A stretch of DNA of 64,000 bases from positions 7,998,001-8,062,000 of the forward strand of contig CM060731.1 in the NCBI GenBank assembly GCA_030704615.1. Direction: 5' to 3'. Every line of letters begins with the position of its first letter. Position 1 is the stretch's first letter. The notes beneath the pieces were generated by a model. It was not told the origin of the DNA. It did not search any database and saw only the letters and a program-made list of their open reading frames with translations. This DNA comes from Takakia lepidozioides (taxonomy: Eukaryota > Plantae > Bryophyta). The position numbers and the translations under genes were made by a program. Of this stretch, positions 34,690-47,307 are shown one piece after another.

Positions 34690-34860
34690 CAAAACCCACC
34701 GTTTGCTTAGTTTGTGCCCATATCACCAAAGTATTTCTGAGTGCGAAATTCACCGCTGCCTAGTTTGTGCCCATATCATCAAGTACTTTTGAGTGCAAAA
34801 TTCACCGTTGCTTAGTTTGTGCCCATATCACCAAGTATTTCTCAACGTGAAATTCACTGC
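34690..34860. repeat. Short tandem repeat, ~3 x 50-55 bp
   Basis: TAGTTTGTGCCCATATCA recurs at ~34708, 34761 and 34813. Confidence 0.7.
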
Positions 34861-35508
34861 CACCACTGTTTTTGGCTACACTACTGAAGGTTTCGCCTCG
34901 CTGAATTGGCGCAAATGTACTATACAAATGCACCAGTCCTCTATACCCGCTTATGGTTTTATTCCGTTCTAAAAACATATAACTCCTATGACCGAGGTTT
35001 AAAAACATATAACTCCCATGACCGTGGGTTGTGCTCCCATGATACCAACCCCCCTTCATGCTGCATATGGAGAGTTTGGGTAGCATGTGAGCAGGCTCGC
35101 GCCAGCGGGCGTGAGCACAAAGAAATATTCCGCATATTCCAAAAGATTCCTGAAAATATGCTATTGCGAAACCCAAATGTGCTCACACGGTAAGAACTAC
35201 AAAACTATCTGAAAACTGTGCTCACGCAAAAAATTCATGAAATTAATCGTCCAAAACTTAACTCGCGTGAGCACAATTGTCAATGACCCACAAATATATC
35301 TGCCAGACCTCAAAGATCAGCGCACCTAAACAATGTGGCATTTGGTAACATTGTGTTTAGAACATCCCCAATAACCACCCAGAAAATGGGTTTCGCCAGT
35401 GAAATACAAATGATTTTTGCCAACGAAATTTGTATTTTCGCCAGCGAAACTTGGCTAGAGGTTCGAACTATCTGACAGCTGCATGTGGATTCTGATCTTC
35501 GGGTTTAA

Positions 35509-36329
35509 CCCTTAAGTTCCCAAGCCCTTTTTTGATTTTTTACCAATTTTGGGAACCCAGCTGCAGTAAATTGCCCATAGAAACCTACCAAAAATCATCC
35601 GGAGATTCAAGCCTTGTAGTGGGCCCAGCTCATTTATGCATGACATACCAAAAAATGAGCCAAGTCCACTATGGAAATTGTGAGATTATAGCGTTGGCCC
35701 GAACCTCAAATATCAGGTCCCAAAGAAAAAGTGAGAAAGAAATTGGTTTGACCAAATCAAAACCTAGCTTTATCCAATTTTGCTTGCCCCAAGACCCACC
35801 ATTTCCAAATCAATAGTGGATTTGGCTATGACCCCACTAAATTGCTGGTCCAACTGATTTTTTCACCTATGGTTGCTTTGCATGCAATTACATAGGGGTT
35901 GAAATCTCAAAATTGACAAGAGAAACTGTGCCTCCAAATGAAGTACTTTTTTTTCTACAAGTTTTTTAAAAGCCAATGGTGGATGTGTGTATGTAATGCT
36001 CACACACCACAAGGTGAAGTATTTTTTCCAAAATTGCTAATTTTCTGCCAAAAATGGCCTTTGGAGTGCAATCTGTTTTGGGCTTGTTTACCTGCCACGT
36101 CAGCGGTCAACAAGTCCTTTTCAGGCCCCAAAACGTAAATGAGAGATCTAAGATATTTTTTGTAGGTCGTAGCTTTTGTATTTTTTTAATTTTGTTTTTT
36201 GCATCGTACTCGAGACAAATCCCTTGTCAAAAACCTTCATGAGTGGGCCTTATCGGATTAGATCTGCAAAAATTAGGTCGAACTGCAAATTCAAAGTGAC
36301 CCGATTCAGGTCGCTTGGGAACTTAAGGG
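35509..36329. mobile_element. piggyBac-type MITE
   Basis: Perfect 17-bp TIR CCCTTAAGTTCCCAAGC/GCTTGGGAACTTAAGGG, with TTAA on both sides (35505-35508 and 36330-36333). Confidence 0.9.
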
Positions 36330-36339
36330 TTAAGTTATA

Positions 36340-37113
36340 CCGTGCGTACCTAGCTTATTAGGCAATAATTAATTCAAAATCAAGTTCCTAATTAAATTTA
36401 GAACATTTTTGAAAAATGTGCCTAAAACTTGGAAATTTTTCCTGAGAAGTGCCTAATTGCTCGAAAATTGTGAACAAATACCAAAATGTCCAAATATGTG
36501 GAAAAAATGCCTAAATTATATTATTTAAAGTCCAAAAAATGACAAAAATGCCTACAAATTAAAATTTCAACTTCCAGAGGGCCCTGCATTGATGCAACTA
36601 CATCCTCATAAGAATCCCCTTTCTCATGTGAATCTTCTTAATCTGAGAGAATGTTTTTTTAAGAAGAAAATTACTTCAACAATAGTTTTTGAGGGAGGTA
36701 AAAAACAATTGTTCATTATGTTGTTTTGTTGTGGACGTGGTGCCTTTGGATAAGAACCGTAGATCCTTGAAAAGAGTGGGTGAATGTTTTTTCAAACCAA
36801 CTATATTAAGGCTCAGCATAAGATCTAACAACTGTGGAGGTGTGCTAACAAAGAGAGAGCCATATTTTTCATAACACATATCAAATAACGTTCTAGTCAT
36901 GCCAATTTCAAGTGTAAATTTTTACAGAGCAAAGATTTCATAACATTAAGGGTCACAAAAAGCAGGTAACATTTATCCAGGGTCCACTGTAGTACATGCC
37001 TAATGTTTGGAAATTACCTAGGTGAGGTGCCTACTAAATAATAGTAATATTCCATTTTTATTAATTATTAGGGGCAGAAGTGCCTAATAAGCTAGGTAAG
37101 TACGTAAGTACGG
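36340..37113. mobile_element. Tc1/mariner-type MITE (TA-flanked)
   Basis: TA|CCGT..TACCTAGCTTATTAGGCA ... TGCCTAATAAGCTAGGTA..ACGG|TA imperfect TIRs; AT-rich interior. Confidence 0.7.
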
Positions 37114-38019
37114 TATTTGGAGTATCGCCTATTAACGCAGTAAAGTCCCTATGTCCGCCTATTATTTGTATTTCCGCCGATGTACATATTACCCCCATAA
37201 CCGTGGATTCTGCTCGGCGAATTTTTTTGTAACCGGGAACTAAAAACTTTCATGTTCCCATTAAGTCTCATGGGAAGAACCCATGATATGAGGTTAAGGT
37301 CACTTTGGCCAACTTGATGCGTAGTCCCTAGTCCCTACCCTGTCGGGCAGGGCCAACAGGGCCAACAAAATGGTACGATGGTCCTTGCAAAGTATACAAG
37401 CTGCTTACCGAGTGCCACAACGAAACCACAAATTAGCTACCAGAAGATAAACACATTCCCGGTAGCTGCCTGCACAATAGTCTGATACAAAACTCTGACC
37501 ATGGGTGCTAGCTCTGGTATGTTGGTTTCTTTGGGGACTTGCAGCATGCTGGTGGCCATAATCAGGATTGACTCCAAGGGAATGGACGCATGCAGAGATT
37601 GGGCGAGAAGGGAAAGAAAGAATGGGTAGAATCGTTGCTTACAACAGGCAGACAGATGGAAAAATTGTGGAAGATGGGATAGTGTTGAGCTCAACAAAAT
37701 CACATTGTACTTGATTCAAGTGGAGCTGGTACTTTGACCACACAAAGTGCCTTCGTTCGGGTATTTGTACATGGAATCCAGCACAGTGCATGGCAGTCTG
37801 TATCTACTGTTTGGCATGGGCTTGACTGCTCTTCGCAGTCCACCCCACACCATTCTACAGATTGCCTCATGCATCAATACATATAGATTGTTCAACTTTC
37901 CTCTTGGCTTACAAAAGCACTGAAACTTTACAACCTTATCAAACACAGTGAGAAAGCAATCAAGCCTGTTGCTTGTTCCACCCACCACTTCAAAGCTGGG
38001 GTTTATTCTTTTGGGGATG

Positions 38020-38368
38020 TTGGCATCCCCTATCAACAATTTCTCGGTCCACAAACTTCAAGATGAACTTGGTGGCCGTATGGCAGTCACCACACAAATG
38101 AAGGTTCTTGATGACACAGAGAGATGCCCTAGGGGGCATCTTCATAAGCCCAAAAGCCAGGGCCAACTTCTCATTGTGATTTCAAAGAGAAAACTCCTTT
38201 TGCCCCTCCTCCAGATCATGCAATACAAAGCACGTGTCAGGCATATGCCCCGGCTGCCTTCTGCCCACATAATCTCTTCAGCTCGGCATGGATCTCCTCA
38301 ATTTGTGTCTTCTACAATGAACTAATGCACATGGTTGTCAACCTCAATGTAACATTGACCTGGCTCCT
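38020..38368 (-). pseudogene. Frameshifted and truncated E+/DYW deaminase domain downstream of the PPR ORF
   Basis: Fragments KEPGQCYIEVDNHVH, YMPDTCFVLHDLEE, HNEKLALAFGL and IKNLHLCGDCHTATKFI..REIV.RDA in shifting frames; no terminal DYW. Confidence 0.8.
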
Positions 38369-40897
38369 TTATGACCTGTCCTTCATCATTTTTCTCACCT
38401 TTGCAGTGTCATCCCACCTGCCAGCCGCAGCATAAATGTTTGATAGCAGCACATAAGTGTCAGCATCCTGTGGATCTGACCTAAGACGGCATATTGCTGC
38501 CCGTTCTGCTACCACCACATTGCCATGAATCTTGCAAGCACCCAGCAAGGCCCCCCACACTGAAGCACCTGGTTTGATTCGCATTTTGGTAATGAAGTCT
38601 TCTGCCTCAGCCAATTTCCCTGCACGGCCAAGAAGGTCCACCATGCAGCAAAAATGCTCCATTGTAGGAGTGAGGCCATGATCTTGAATCATGGATTCAA
38701 AGTAGTGACGGCCTTCATCCACTAAGCCCGCATGGCTACAGGCAGAAAGAACACATGTAAAGGTGATACTGTCCAGCTTCAAGCCTTGCTGTAGCATTCG
38801 TTCAAAAAGCTGCACGGCCTCCATACCAAACCCATGCTGAGCATACCCTGCAATCATTGCACTCCATGAGACCACATCACGCAAAGCCATATTGTCAAAC
38901 ACCTGGCGCGCATCTTTTATGCTCCCACATTTTGCATACATGTCAAGAAGGGTGTTCTCCAAAATTATATTTAGCTCAATTCTGGCTTTGATAATGAGGG
39001 CATGGACCTCTTTGCCCTTTTCCAGGGCTGCCAGGTGGGCACATGCACTCAGAACACAAACACAGGTAACCTGGTTGGGAGTCACCCCTTCCTGTACCAT
39101 TTGTTCGTAAGTCTCCAGAACCTCCCAACCACACCCATGCTGAGCATATCCTGCTATAATTGCACTCCATGACACCACGTTTGGTGTTAAGCCTTCCTGT
39201 TTCATTTGGTCAAATAGTTGCATGGCCTCCCTACTATATCCATGCCAAGCATATCCTGCTATAATCGCAGTCCATGAGATTACATCTCGCTCAGCCATAT
39301 TGTCAAACAGGCGATGCGCATCCTTAATGCTCCCACATTTTGCATACATATCAATGAGCGTATTCTCGAGAATGATATCTGGGGAAATTCCAGCTTTGAT
39401 GATCTCAGTATGGACCTGTATGCCCTTTTCCAAAACTGCCAGACTGGCACACGCATTAGCAAGAGAAATGAAAGTGACCCTGTTGGGCATCACCCCTTCA
39501 TGTATCATTTGCTCATAGATCTTGAAAGCCTCCCTAGATGAGACTGCATTCGGCTTGAAGCTTTCCTGTTTCATCTTTTGAAAAAGTTGCAGGGTCTCCC
39601 CACCACACCCATGCTGAGCATATCCTGCGATCATTGCATTCCATGAGACCACGTTTCGTTTAGCCATATTCTCAAACACTTGCCGTGCAACCTTCATGTT
39701 CCTGCATTTGGCATACATGCTAACAAGGGCAGTCTCCAGAATAACATCTGGCACAATTCCAGCTTTGATGATGTCACCATGGATCTCTCTGCCCTTTTCT
39801 GGGTCTGCCAGAGTACATGCATTAAGAATGCAAATGAACGTGACCGCGTCGGGTGTCACCCCTTCCCGTATCATTTGCTCATAGATCTCGAAAGCCTCCC
39901 TACAACACCCGTGCTGAGCATATCCTGCTATCATGGCATTCCATGAGACCACGTTCGGCTTGAAGCCTTCCTGTTGCATTTGTTCAAATAGTTGTAAGGC
40001 CTCCCTAACACACCCCTGCTGAGCATATCCCGTGATCATCGCACTCCATGAGACCACATTTCGTTCAGCCATACTCTCGAACACTTGCCGTCCATACTTT
40101 AAGCTCCCGCATTTGGCATACATGTTCACAAGAGCAGTCTCCAGAATGATGTCTGGCACAATACCCCCTTTGATGATATCAGCATGGACAACTTTGCCCT
40201 TTTCAAGATCTGCCAAGCGGGCACAGGCCTTGAGAACACATATGAACGTGACCTTGTCGGGTGTAATCCCTTCCTGTATCATTTGCTCATAAATCTTGAA
40301 CACATTTTTACCACACCCATGCCTGGCATATCCTGCCATCATTATATTCCACGTAAACATATCTCGCTCAGGCATTTTGTCAAACACTAGGCGTGCATCC
40401 ACCACGCTGCCACACTTGCTGTACATATTGACCAGGGTATTGTGGAGAAAGATGTTTGCCTTGAATCCATTTCGGATGATGTGGGAGTGTACCTGCTTTC
40501 CCTCTGCTAGGCCTTTCACCTTGATGCACTCCTGCAAGAGACAGACGTAAGTGTTGGAATCTGCTGGAATGCCTCTTTCCTTCAGAATGTTCAGCGCCTC
40601 TTTCAGGTGTCCTTCCTTGCATATCGGTGAAAGTGCCTGATCTAACCGACTGCGCCGCCGTTGCTGCTTCTGCTCCACCATCTTAGCACAAAGGGTTCTT
40701 GTAGCTACCAATCCACAGTGCCTTGTTGATACTCTTGTGCTTGAAATCTGGTCCTCGGTGATTGATCTGCACCCACACTCCATCAATGCCTCCCTCAGAC
40801 ATCCCTGGCTCCACAACAAAGATGCATGGATCCTCACCCTTGCCGCAGGCACCTGTGAATAACAACCCAAATTCACACAACGATACCCCGCGCACAC
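38369..40897 (-). CDS. PLS-class pentatricopeptide repeat protein with E domain (RNA-editing factor family); start uncertain
   Basis: Intronless 842-aa ORF with repeated LVNMYAKCG..A..VF..M..RNVVSW.AMIAGYAQHG motifs, ACSHAGLVDEG, CMVDLLGRAG, WGALLGAC and YVLLSNIYAAAGRW. Confidence 0.92.
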   Translation of the reverse strand: MCAGYRCVNLGCYSQVPAARVRIHASLLWSQGCLREALMECGCRSITEDQISSTRVSTRHCGLVATRTLCAKMVEQKQQRRRSRLDQALSPICKEGHLKEALNILKERGIPADSNTYVCLLQECIKVKGLAEGKQVHSHIIRNGFKANIFLHNTLVNMYSKCGSVVDARLVFDKMPERDMFTWNIMMAGYARHGCGKNVFKIYEQMIQEGITPDKVTFICVLKACARLADLEKGKVVHADIIKGGIVPDIILETALVNMYAKCGSLKYGRQVFESMAERNVVSWSAMITGYAQQGCVREALQLFEQMQQEGFKPNVVSWNAMIAGYAQHGCCREAFEIYEQMIREGVTPDAVTFICILNACTLADPEKGREIHGDIIKAGIVPDVILETALVSMYAKCRNMKVARQVFENMAKRNVVSWNAMIAGYAQHGCGGETLQLFQKMKQESFKPNAVSSREAFKIYEQMIHEGVMPNRVTFISLANACASLAVLEKGIQVHTEIIKAGISPDIILENTLIDMYAKCGSIKDAHRLFDNMAERDVISWTAIIAGYAWHGYSREAMQLFDQMKQEGLTPNVVSWSAIIAGYAQHGCGWEVLETYEQMVQEGVTPNQVTCVCVLSACAHLAALEKGKEVHALIIKARIELNIILENTLLDMYAKCGSIKDARQVFDNMALRDVVSWSAMIAGYAQHGFGMEAVQLFERMLQQGLKLDSITFTCVLSACSHAGLVDEGRHYFESMIQDHGLTPTMEHFCCMVDLLGRAGKLAEAEDFITKMRIKPGASVWGALLGACKIHGNVVVAERAAICRLRSDPQDADTYVLLSNIYAAAGRWDDTAKVRKMMKDRS

Positions 40898-41496
40898 GCT
40901 GCGTCCTGCGTCCCAGAAACTGGGAAATGCCTGGGTCCTTCAATCGGCCTTGTGCGCACATGGCGCAAGGCAGCTTGCATCCTTGAGTCACCGTGAATAT
41001 TTTTCAAACTACACTGCAAATTTAGACTTTGGTTCATTGTAAGATCAGTGTCTTCCCTACCACAATCTAGCCAGCTTCCCGCCACCTCCCTGCTACCATC
41101 CACAGAGATGCCAGCCGCCGAGCTAGCTACTTTCAGCTTAGTCATGTTGTCGGTATTGAGACAACGATGGAGCAAAGCGGCAGCCTGGTGTGAACTGTGA
41201 ACAGTACTATGGAGAAGGCTTGAAGTTACACTGGATCTCCATCTATGCTTGATAAGCAGAGCCATTAGGTGTCTTCCTCTCCTACATCCCTCCACACACA
41301 CCACTACAAGCACTGTCAACCTTTGAAAGGATTCATGGCGGATGCAGGCAAATTGGGTTGTAATGCAAAGGGCGTATGGGGAAGACCCCAATGTTTAACA
41401 TCTTTCTTTTAGAACAATTTATGAAAAATAAATGGATGCAATGGATGAATTCTGATGCATTGTTTATTACGGAGGAAAGTAGATTTCACTATTCGC

Positions 41497-41680
41497 AAAT
41501 GAAATGAAATGGTTCTTTATAACGTCCGTCGTAAGCTCATAGAGCTTATGGGACAAAATGGAAAAAAACATGAGAGGAACAAATCCAGAGCCAAGAATAA
41601 AAACTATTGCTCGAATGATTGTCTAAGGGTGAAGGCCTCGTGTAGGTAAGCTGCCAAGCATTTCCGATTGCAAAGTAGGG
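41497..41680 (-). mobile_element. 3' fragment of RTEX-like LINE
   Basis: (AAATG)n tail plus 3' UTR and last codons matching 57210-57370. Confidence 0.85.
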
Positions 41681-41719
41681 CCATATGCTTCTAGCCGCTT
41701 GTTTCATGTATGTGTGCGC

Positions 41720-42490
41720 TTATTACTACCAAATTCGCACAGCATGCCTCTTTTTTTCCCAAACTGGCACACGCATACACAACAAAGAGAAGGGTGACTC
41801 TGTCAGGATCAGCCTTTCCCAGTGGATCTGTGATATTTGCTCATATATGTCCAAAGCACCTCTACCACAAGCATAGTGAGCAACTCCTGCCATCATGGCA
41901 TTCCCTGAGACCACAATCTGTTCAGCCATACTGCTGAACACAGCATACATCTTTCATGCTCCTGCTTTTGGCTTACATATGGATCACTGGTCTGGGCACT
42001 ATACATCGGCAACGAATCGCAAACAGATAACACTATACCAGACACCTGGTGGCATCAGCGGGGACATCTTTGCCTTTTCCTAATGCTCCTAGGCTCGCAT
42101 AGGCTTTGATAATGGTATAAACATATCTATGTCAGGTGTCAGCCTTTCCAAAAAAATTTGCTAGTATCTCGAAAACCTGCTTACCAAACCCATGCTGGGC
42201 ATATCCTGAGGTCACTGCATTCAATGAGACCACCACATGTTGAGCAACACTTCACGGGCATTCTTCATTGAAAGCACTTGGCATAAATTTGATGACGAGA
42301 TTCTCCAAATCTGTATGACACAATTTAAGCTTTAGGTATGTTACCATCTACCTCTTTGACCTTCTCCAGGGCTCCTCCGCGCAAATAGATGTGACATTCA
42401 TTGAGTCAACCCTCCCAGTATCATTTGCTGTTACATCAAAAGCCTCCTTGTCACACAAATGCCCTCCTTGCCACACCCATGCCTACTAAA
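41720..42490 (-). pseudogene. Degenerate PPR gene remnant
   Basis: Broken PLS-type motif DNA (e.g. AVFSSMAEQIVVSGNAMMAGVAHY; ccatgctgggcatatcctg) resembling the neighbouring PPR gene. Confidence 0.65.
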
Positions 42491-43027
42491 CACACCTTGT
42501 CAAGTGGGGAGTTGGCAAGAATTCCTGACTGATTCAAAACCTGCAGTACCTCTTTCGATTGTCCTGGCTTGGGCGTCATCAGATCCCACAAGTGCCAAAA
42601 GAGTTCCCGCTGATTCCTCCACAGTTAGTTTCTCAGAAACATTAGTACTAGTGCAAGTGCCTCATTCTGATCATTGACCCATAGATAATGAGGCTCTAGT
42701 GGAATTGCTGAAAAGCCTTCTCCAATGATCGGATGACATCCACCCACTCATGGTCTCTGATTCTTCTACAACTATAGTATTCATGTGAAGATCACTGTGA
42801 CCACCCTGTGCAACCTGAAAGACGCTACTCTGTTGATTCAGCAACCAGCAGGTCCTGGCTGAAGTGGAACACTTTTAGTCCCTCAGGCATCAAATTCCTG
42901 TCTCGTCAATGATGGCCTGACATGAGGCTCAATCAGTTTGCCAAATCTTCCTTGACCGAAGAATGTGCTAACTTTCTATGGCCAATAACTTCTAACATCT
43001 GGGAGCACATACAGACAAAGTGAAGGA

Positions 43028-46000
43028 TCAGAATGTGGACTGCCCTGAGCGAGCCCATTGCAAAGCATCCAAGATGCCATCAACGTATTTAGGACAACTG
43101 TGATCAGAGAGCATAGTGGAGGATAGCACAATTCGGCCAAAACGAGACGATGGGTTTGTCCCTTTCACTACAATATGTCGGATAGTTGACCCACTCTGAC
43201 CCCCATCCTGGTCAGGTGTGGCAGGGGTACATAGCTCCTGGCCTGGCTGCAAAGGTTGGCGAATAATATGGTAAAGATTCCCAGGAACAAACAGCCGGCG
43301 TCTCTCCAAGCCCTCGGGGGTTCCACTAGCTGCTGCCACATTCACTGCAACAGCTGCCGCTGCTACACCTTCATCCGTTTTCTCAACATCCTTCTCCGTA
43401 ATTGCAGCCAGAGACTTCTTCATCCTATCTGACACTGTCCCCTCCAGCACCATGATTGAAATTAAATTTCTCGAGAAAGCAGCAGGGTTCTCAGGCCCTG
43501 TATACTCCCTCTACATCACATACACTACAAAAGTTCAAACCTATTCTGTTCAAGAGGAAATGACTCTATACCTGAGTAAGTGATGCCTTACAACTTAAGA
43601 TGTTGCAATAGCCTAGTTGATATCGAAAAGTGTATACTAGACATATAGCCAGGGTTTGTGCATGCAATTTCACTGGCCTGCAAAGCACACCTTTGTTAGT
43701 AGCAGCTGTGAGCACATGGCTAGCAGCACCAGCTCCAAAGGACACCCACTTGGAAACACTTTTTGCCTTTGAACCATGCTTGCCAGATTGCACTTTGGAA
43801 AATTTGGAAACCAGATTATTTGTTGCATTTAGCAGAGCCTCGTAACCATGCTCCTTTGCTTTGTTGTATGCCTCTGCCGTACCAGGGGGCAGCCGCTCAC
43901 ACACTGCCTGAGCCAAGTCAACTACCCTTCTCTGCGTACTCCCATCCTTGAATGCTTGGCTCCTGTCTCTCCAAAGGAACAGAGCACAGTGGAGGCACAT
44001 AATTCAGCACCTCTATATTCTTGAACATTAATGAAAGCTTTCATCTGCAGAATCTACTCTGCACACCAACTACGGGTTTTTTGAGGCTGAAAGACGTTTA
44101 CAAGGTGTACTTCCCAGCTGAAGGGGCTTACAGTTGAAACATCCTTCCCTCACATTCAAAGACCTGAACTGCTTGCCAGCATACCATGAGCACCCCTCCT
44201 CCAAGCAATCTGTAGGGCTTTTTAATGTGACCTTTATTTCTTATTTCCTCTCTTTCAGACCCACAATTCAAAGACCACAACCACAAACCCATAGCAGCAA
44301 AATAACAGACTCTTAGAAGGAAAAGGGAAGCGGCTTGAATGCAAGAACTATTGTCATAATCCTTGGAAGATGTTTGAATATGGTTGAGAACTAGTGTGAT
44401 TTCTTTTACCAAGCTCCTACAATCCATGGTCTCTCAACAACATTTGTCAAAAGCCGTTTAATAAAGGGAATCTTACCACTCCGTCTGGACTATCTCCGAG
44501 CGCAGATCCTCTAGAGCTGCTGGACTGACCCGGGCGACCACATCATCCTGGCCCAACCCATGCTACCAGTCAACATACTCCCAACATGGAATAGAGTGGA
44601 CACAGCTCCACGGAACGTAGAAAACCACCCTTGACAGAAACAAGTGCTGCCCAGTAGTGGATGCACAATCGGCCAAAGAAGGCGATCAACGACTCCATAT
44701 AACCAAACCAGTTACTATGCCTCAAGATGTTCTCCGAAGGGAAGTCACAGGATCCAGGGATGGATTTAAGTCATTGCCAACTTTCCAACGTACAATCCCA
44801 ACAAGCGACTCATATCAACCCTGAACGGAAGTGACGTGTGAAAAAATAGGTGAAACCTGGAGCACCATATTGTAGATGAAGGTGGTGGGCTGGGCAAGAC
44901 TGCGATCGACACATGGTGGGCACCCAAAGCCCCAACAAATAAGCATGGCTGGCGGGATCCCAAGTGTAATTGAGATAGGTCCTTGTGCAGTTTCAACCGA
45001 CTCTTGTAGCAAAATACCAAGCAGGGAGGCTGTGCCAGCTCCCAGTGAGTGCCCAGTGAGCACCAACCCATAGCCCTGCATCCGTCATCATCAATCACCC
45101 TCCTCATTTCAGTACTCTGCTGCAGCAATCTGCCACCACCCCATGACTTGCTTGTCTTTCTCTGTCTCTGCAACTCTACAAAAGAATGCAACGAACAGTA
45201 GAATGAGGCAGAGTCTGCAGACAGCAGTGCTCTATAGTGGGAAGTTGAATCTTGCAGCTCTTTGCGCTGCAATCATTGCGATGCAGTGCTCATTACGTGC
45301 TTAACACAATTCAGGTTGTTTGAATCTGAAGCTTTTTGCAAGCCCTAATTCAATCATGCCTCATCAGCTAGGCAGAAATGCTAAGATACAGTAACTTCAC
45401 TATCGCATGGCAAAGGATCATTCATGGATTACACACAGGATAGGCCAGAAGGTGATGGCGTAAAGTGTGTCCTTCATTGTCCAAGAGCCACCTTGCAGCT
45501 GCCAGCATTCCTGAGTGTGCATACCTGTATGACCAGAAACAAATAAAGACCCCACCAAACCCCAGTCTTTGCACTTTCCCTTTGCTAGCTGCCCCTCTCA
45601 TACTCTTAAAGCTACTCCACAGGGCCCCCCACCCGGCATAAGCACCCAGCACCATGCTTACTGCTTCTTATTATGGAAATGTGGGCAAGCCAATTTGTGG
45701 AACAAAACTCCCAGTAATTGGCCTGAGAAGAGTTTTTTACCCTCCTTTGAAGGGTTCACTGTGAGGATTTAAGTCTGTCAAAACATCAGTGGCTTCATGT
45801 GTGCCACGAATGCCCATCACCACACAGCGGCGCTGATGGTGCAGTGCAATATAGAATGCCGGCTTCAACACTGCCGATGTGCTCACCACCTTCACGACAT
45901 CCTCCTCTCTTATCTTGTCCCTCCCACCACATTGATCAACCCTCAATCAGCATATAGACCCAAGTTGGTGCATCCCACACAGTCAAGCTTCTGCAGTGTT

Positions 46001-47307
46001 TACAATTATGTTACCATAACATGTCACATATGGAATTCTTGAAAGGCCCTGCTCCTATTCTGAACAGAGTTACAGAAAATGGTAGTTCACACAATCCAGT
46101 CATTCACTACCTGCCACGGGCATGTGGTGTATTATGACCCTTCAAAGAAATCTCTACTCAATATGGTGACTGCAAGGAATGAAAGGTTATTTTTCCCAAC
46201 GAATCCAGTAACTTTTGAGATCCATCTGTACTCAAATACAAAAACCAGCTACACAATCAGAAGACTTTCCACCCAGCTCCAACAATGCCTCAGCTACACA
46301 AAGGCCACTACAAGATAATGTTTTTTATGACCCTCTCCACTTTTGAAGCCTGAGGCAAGTACCCTCATGACGTTGGCAAGTGCAGGTTTGTCTTTTTTGT
46401 ATGCACCCTTTGCCCAGTATAACCATTCCAATATGTCCTCCAACTCATGTCTGCAACAGTCACAGAAGCCACAACAATTACCATCTCCCTGTTACAAACA
46501 CAGCCACATCCTTGACTTGTGGGCCCCTCATTAATGGTCTCGCAGTCCTGTCTCATTATAGTAAACCAGGCTCTACATAAACAATCTATGAGCAAGACTT
46601 CCACCCAACCTAGAATCCTCTACTTGCCACTTGCTAAGGAGTATTCTCTAAGTCCTGTAGCCTACTTTCTCTCTGCCTTGCTCTTCAAGGACAGGCCTGT
46701 GTCTCTCCCCAGAGTCTCACATTAGGTCCTCCTAAATACTCCCCGAGGATTCCCCCCCCTTGCTCTGAGAATACCCTTTGGTATTTCCCTTACTTGCTAC
46801 CCTAAGGCCTAACCCTTGGCCTTTGCCATTCTGACTGTTCCCCTTCCCTTGCTTAGTCATAAGTCTTTCCAGCTTCTGATGTGACTTTCTAGTTCCGGTG
46901 TTGCTTTGGAGTGGATCAATTGGGTAGTGTAGCCACTAGCCCAGACTAACAGTGAGCTTGACAACTCCTTGGCTCTGCAATTCAAGCCCAACATTTCTGA
47001 CAGCGTGGTTAACTGCCTGACAGCTACAAACTAAAAACAGGATCAAGCCAAAAGTGGCAGAAGAAGAGGCCAGCTTACGCGTCAGAGACAGAAAAGCCTG
47101 CGATAGTATCAGCAGTGCATTCTAGCACATGACGACCTGAGAGCTTGTAGAGACCAACAGTGAGGTCCGCCAGGCCCCATTTGCTCATACCAGAAGCACT
47201 GTGCATTACACTTGCTGCTACTGCAGCCAATACCTTCTCCATGCTCGGAGGCATCAGGTGATCCCCTGCTCCTGTGTCAGCGATGATTTGTTGAGGGCCT
47301 TCACCAT
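43028..47307 (-). CDS. Multi-exon class-3 lipase (sn1-DAG lipase-like)
   Basis: Exon peptides KWGLADLTVGLY, PAFYIALHHQRRCVVMGIRGT..DVLTDL, YAHSGMLAAARWLL, LVLTGHSLGAGTASLL, WGFGCPPCV, DDVVARVS, RLFVPGNLYHI and RIVLSSTMLSDH; ATG at 47307. Confidence 0.88.
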
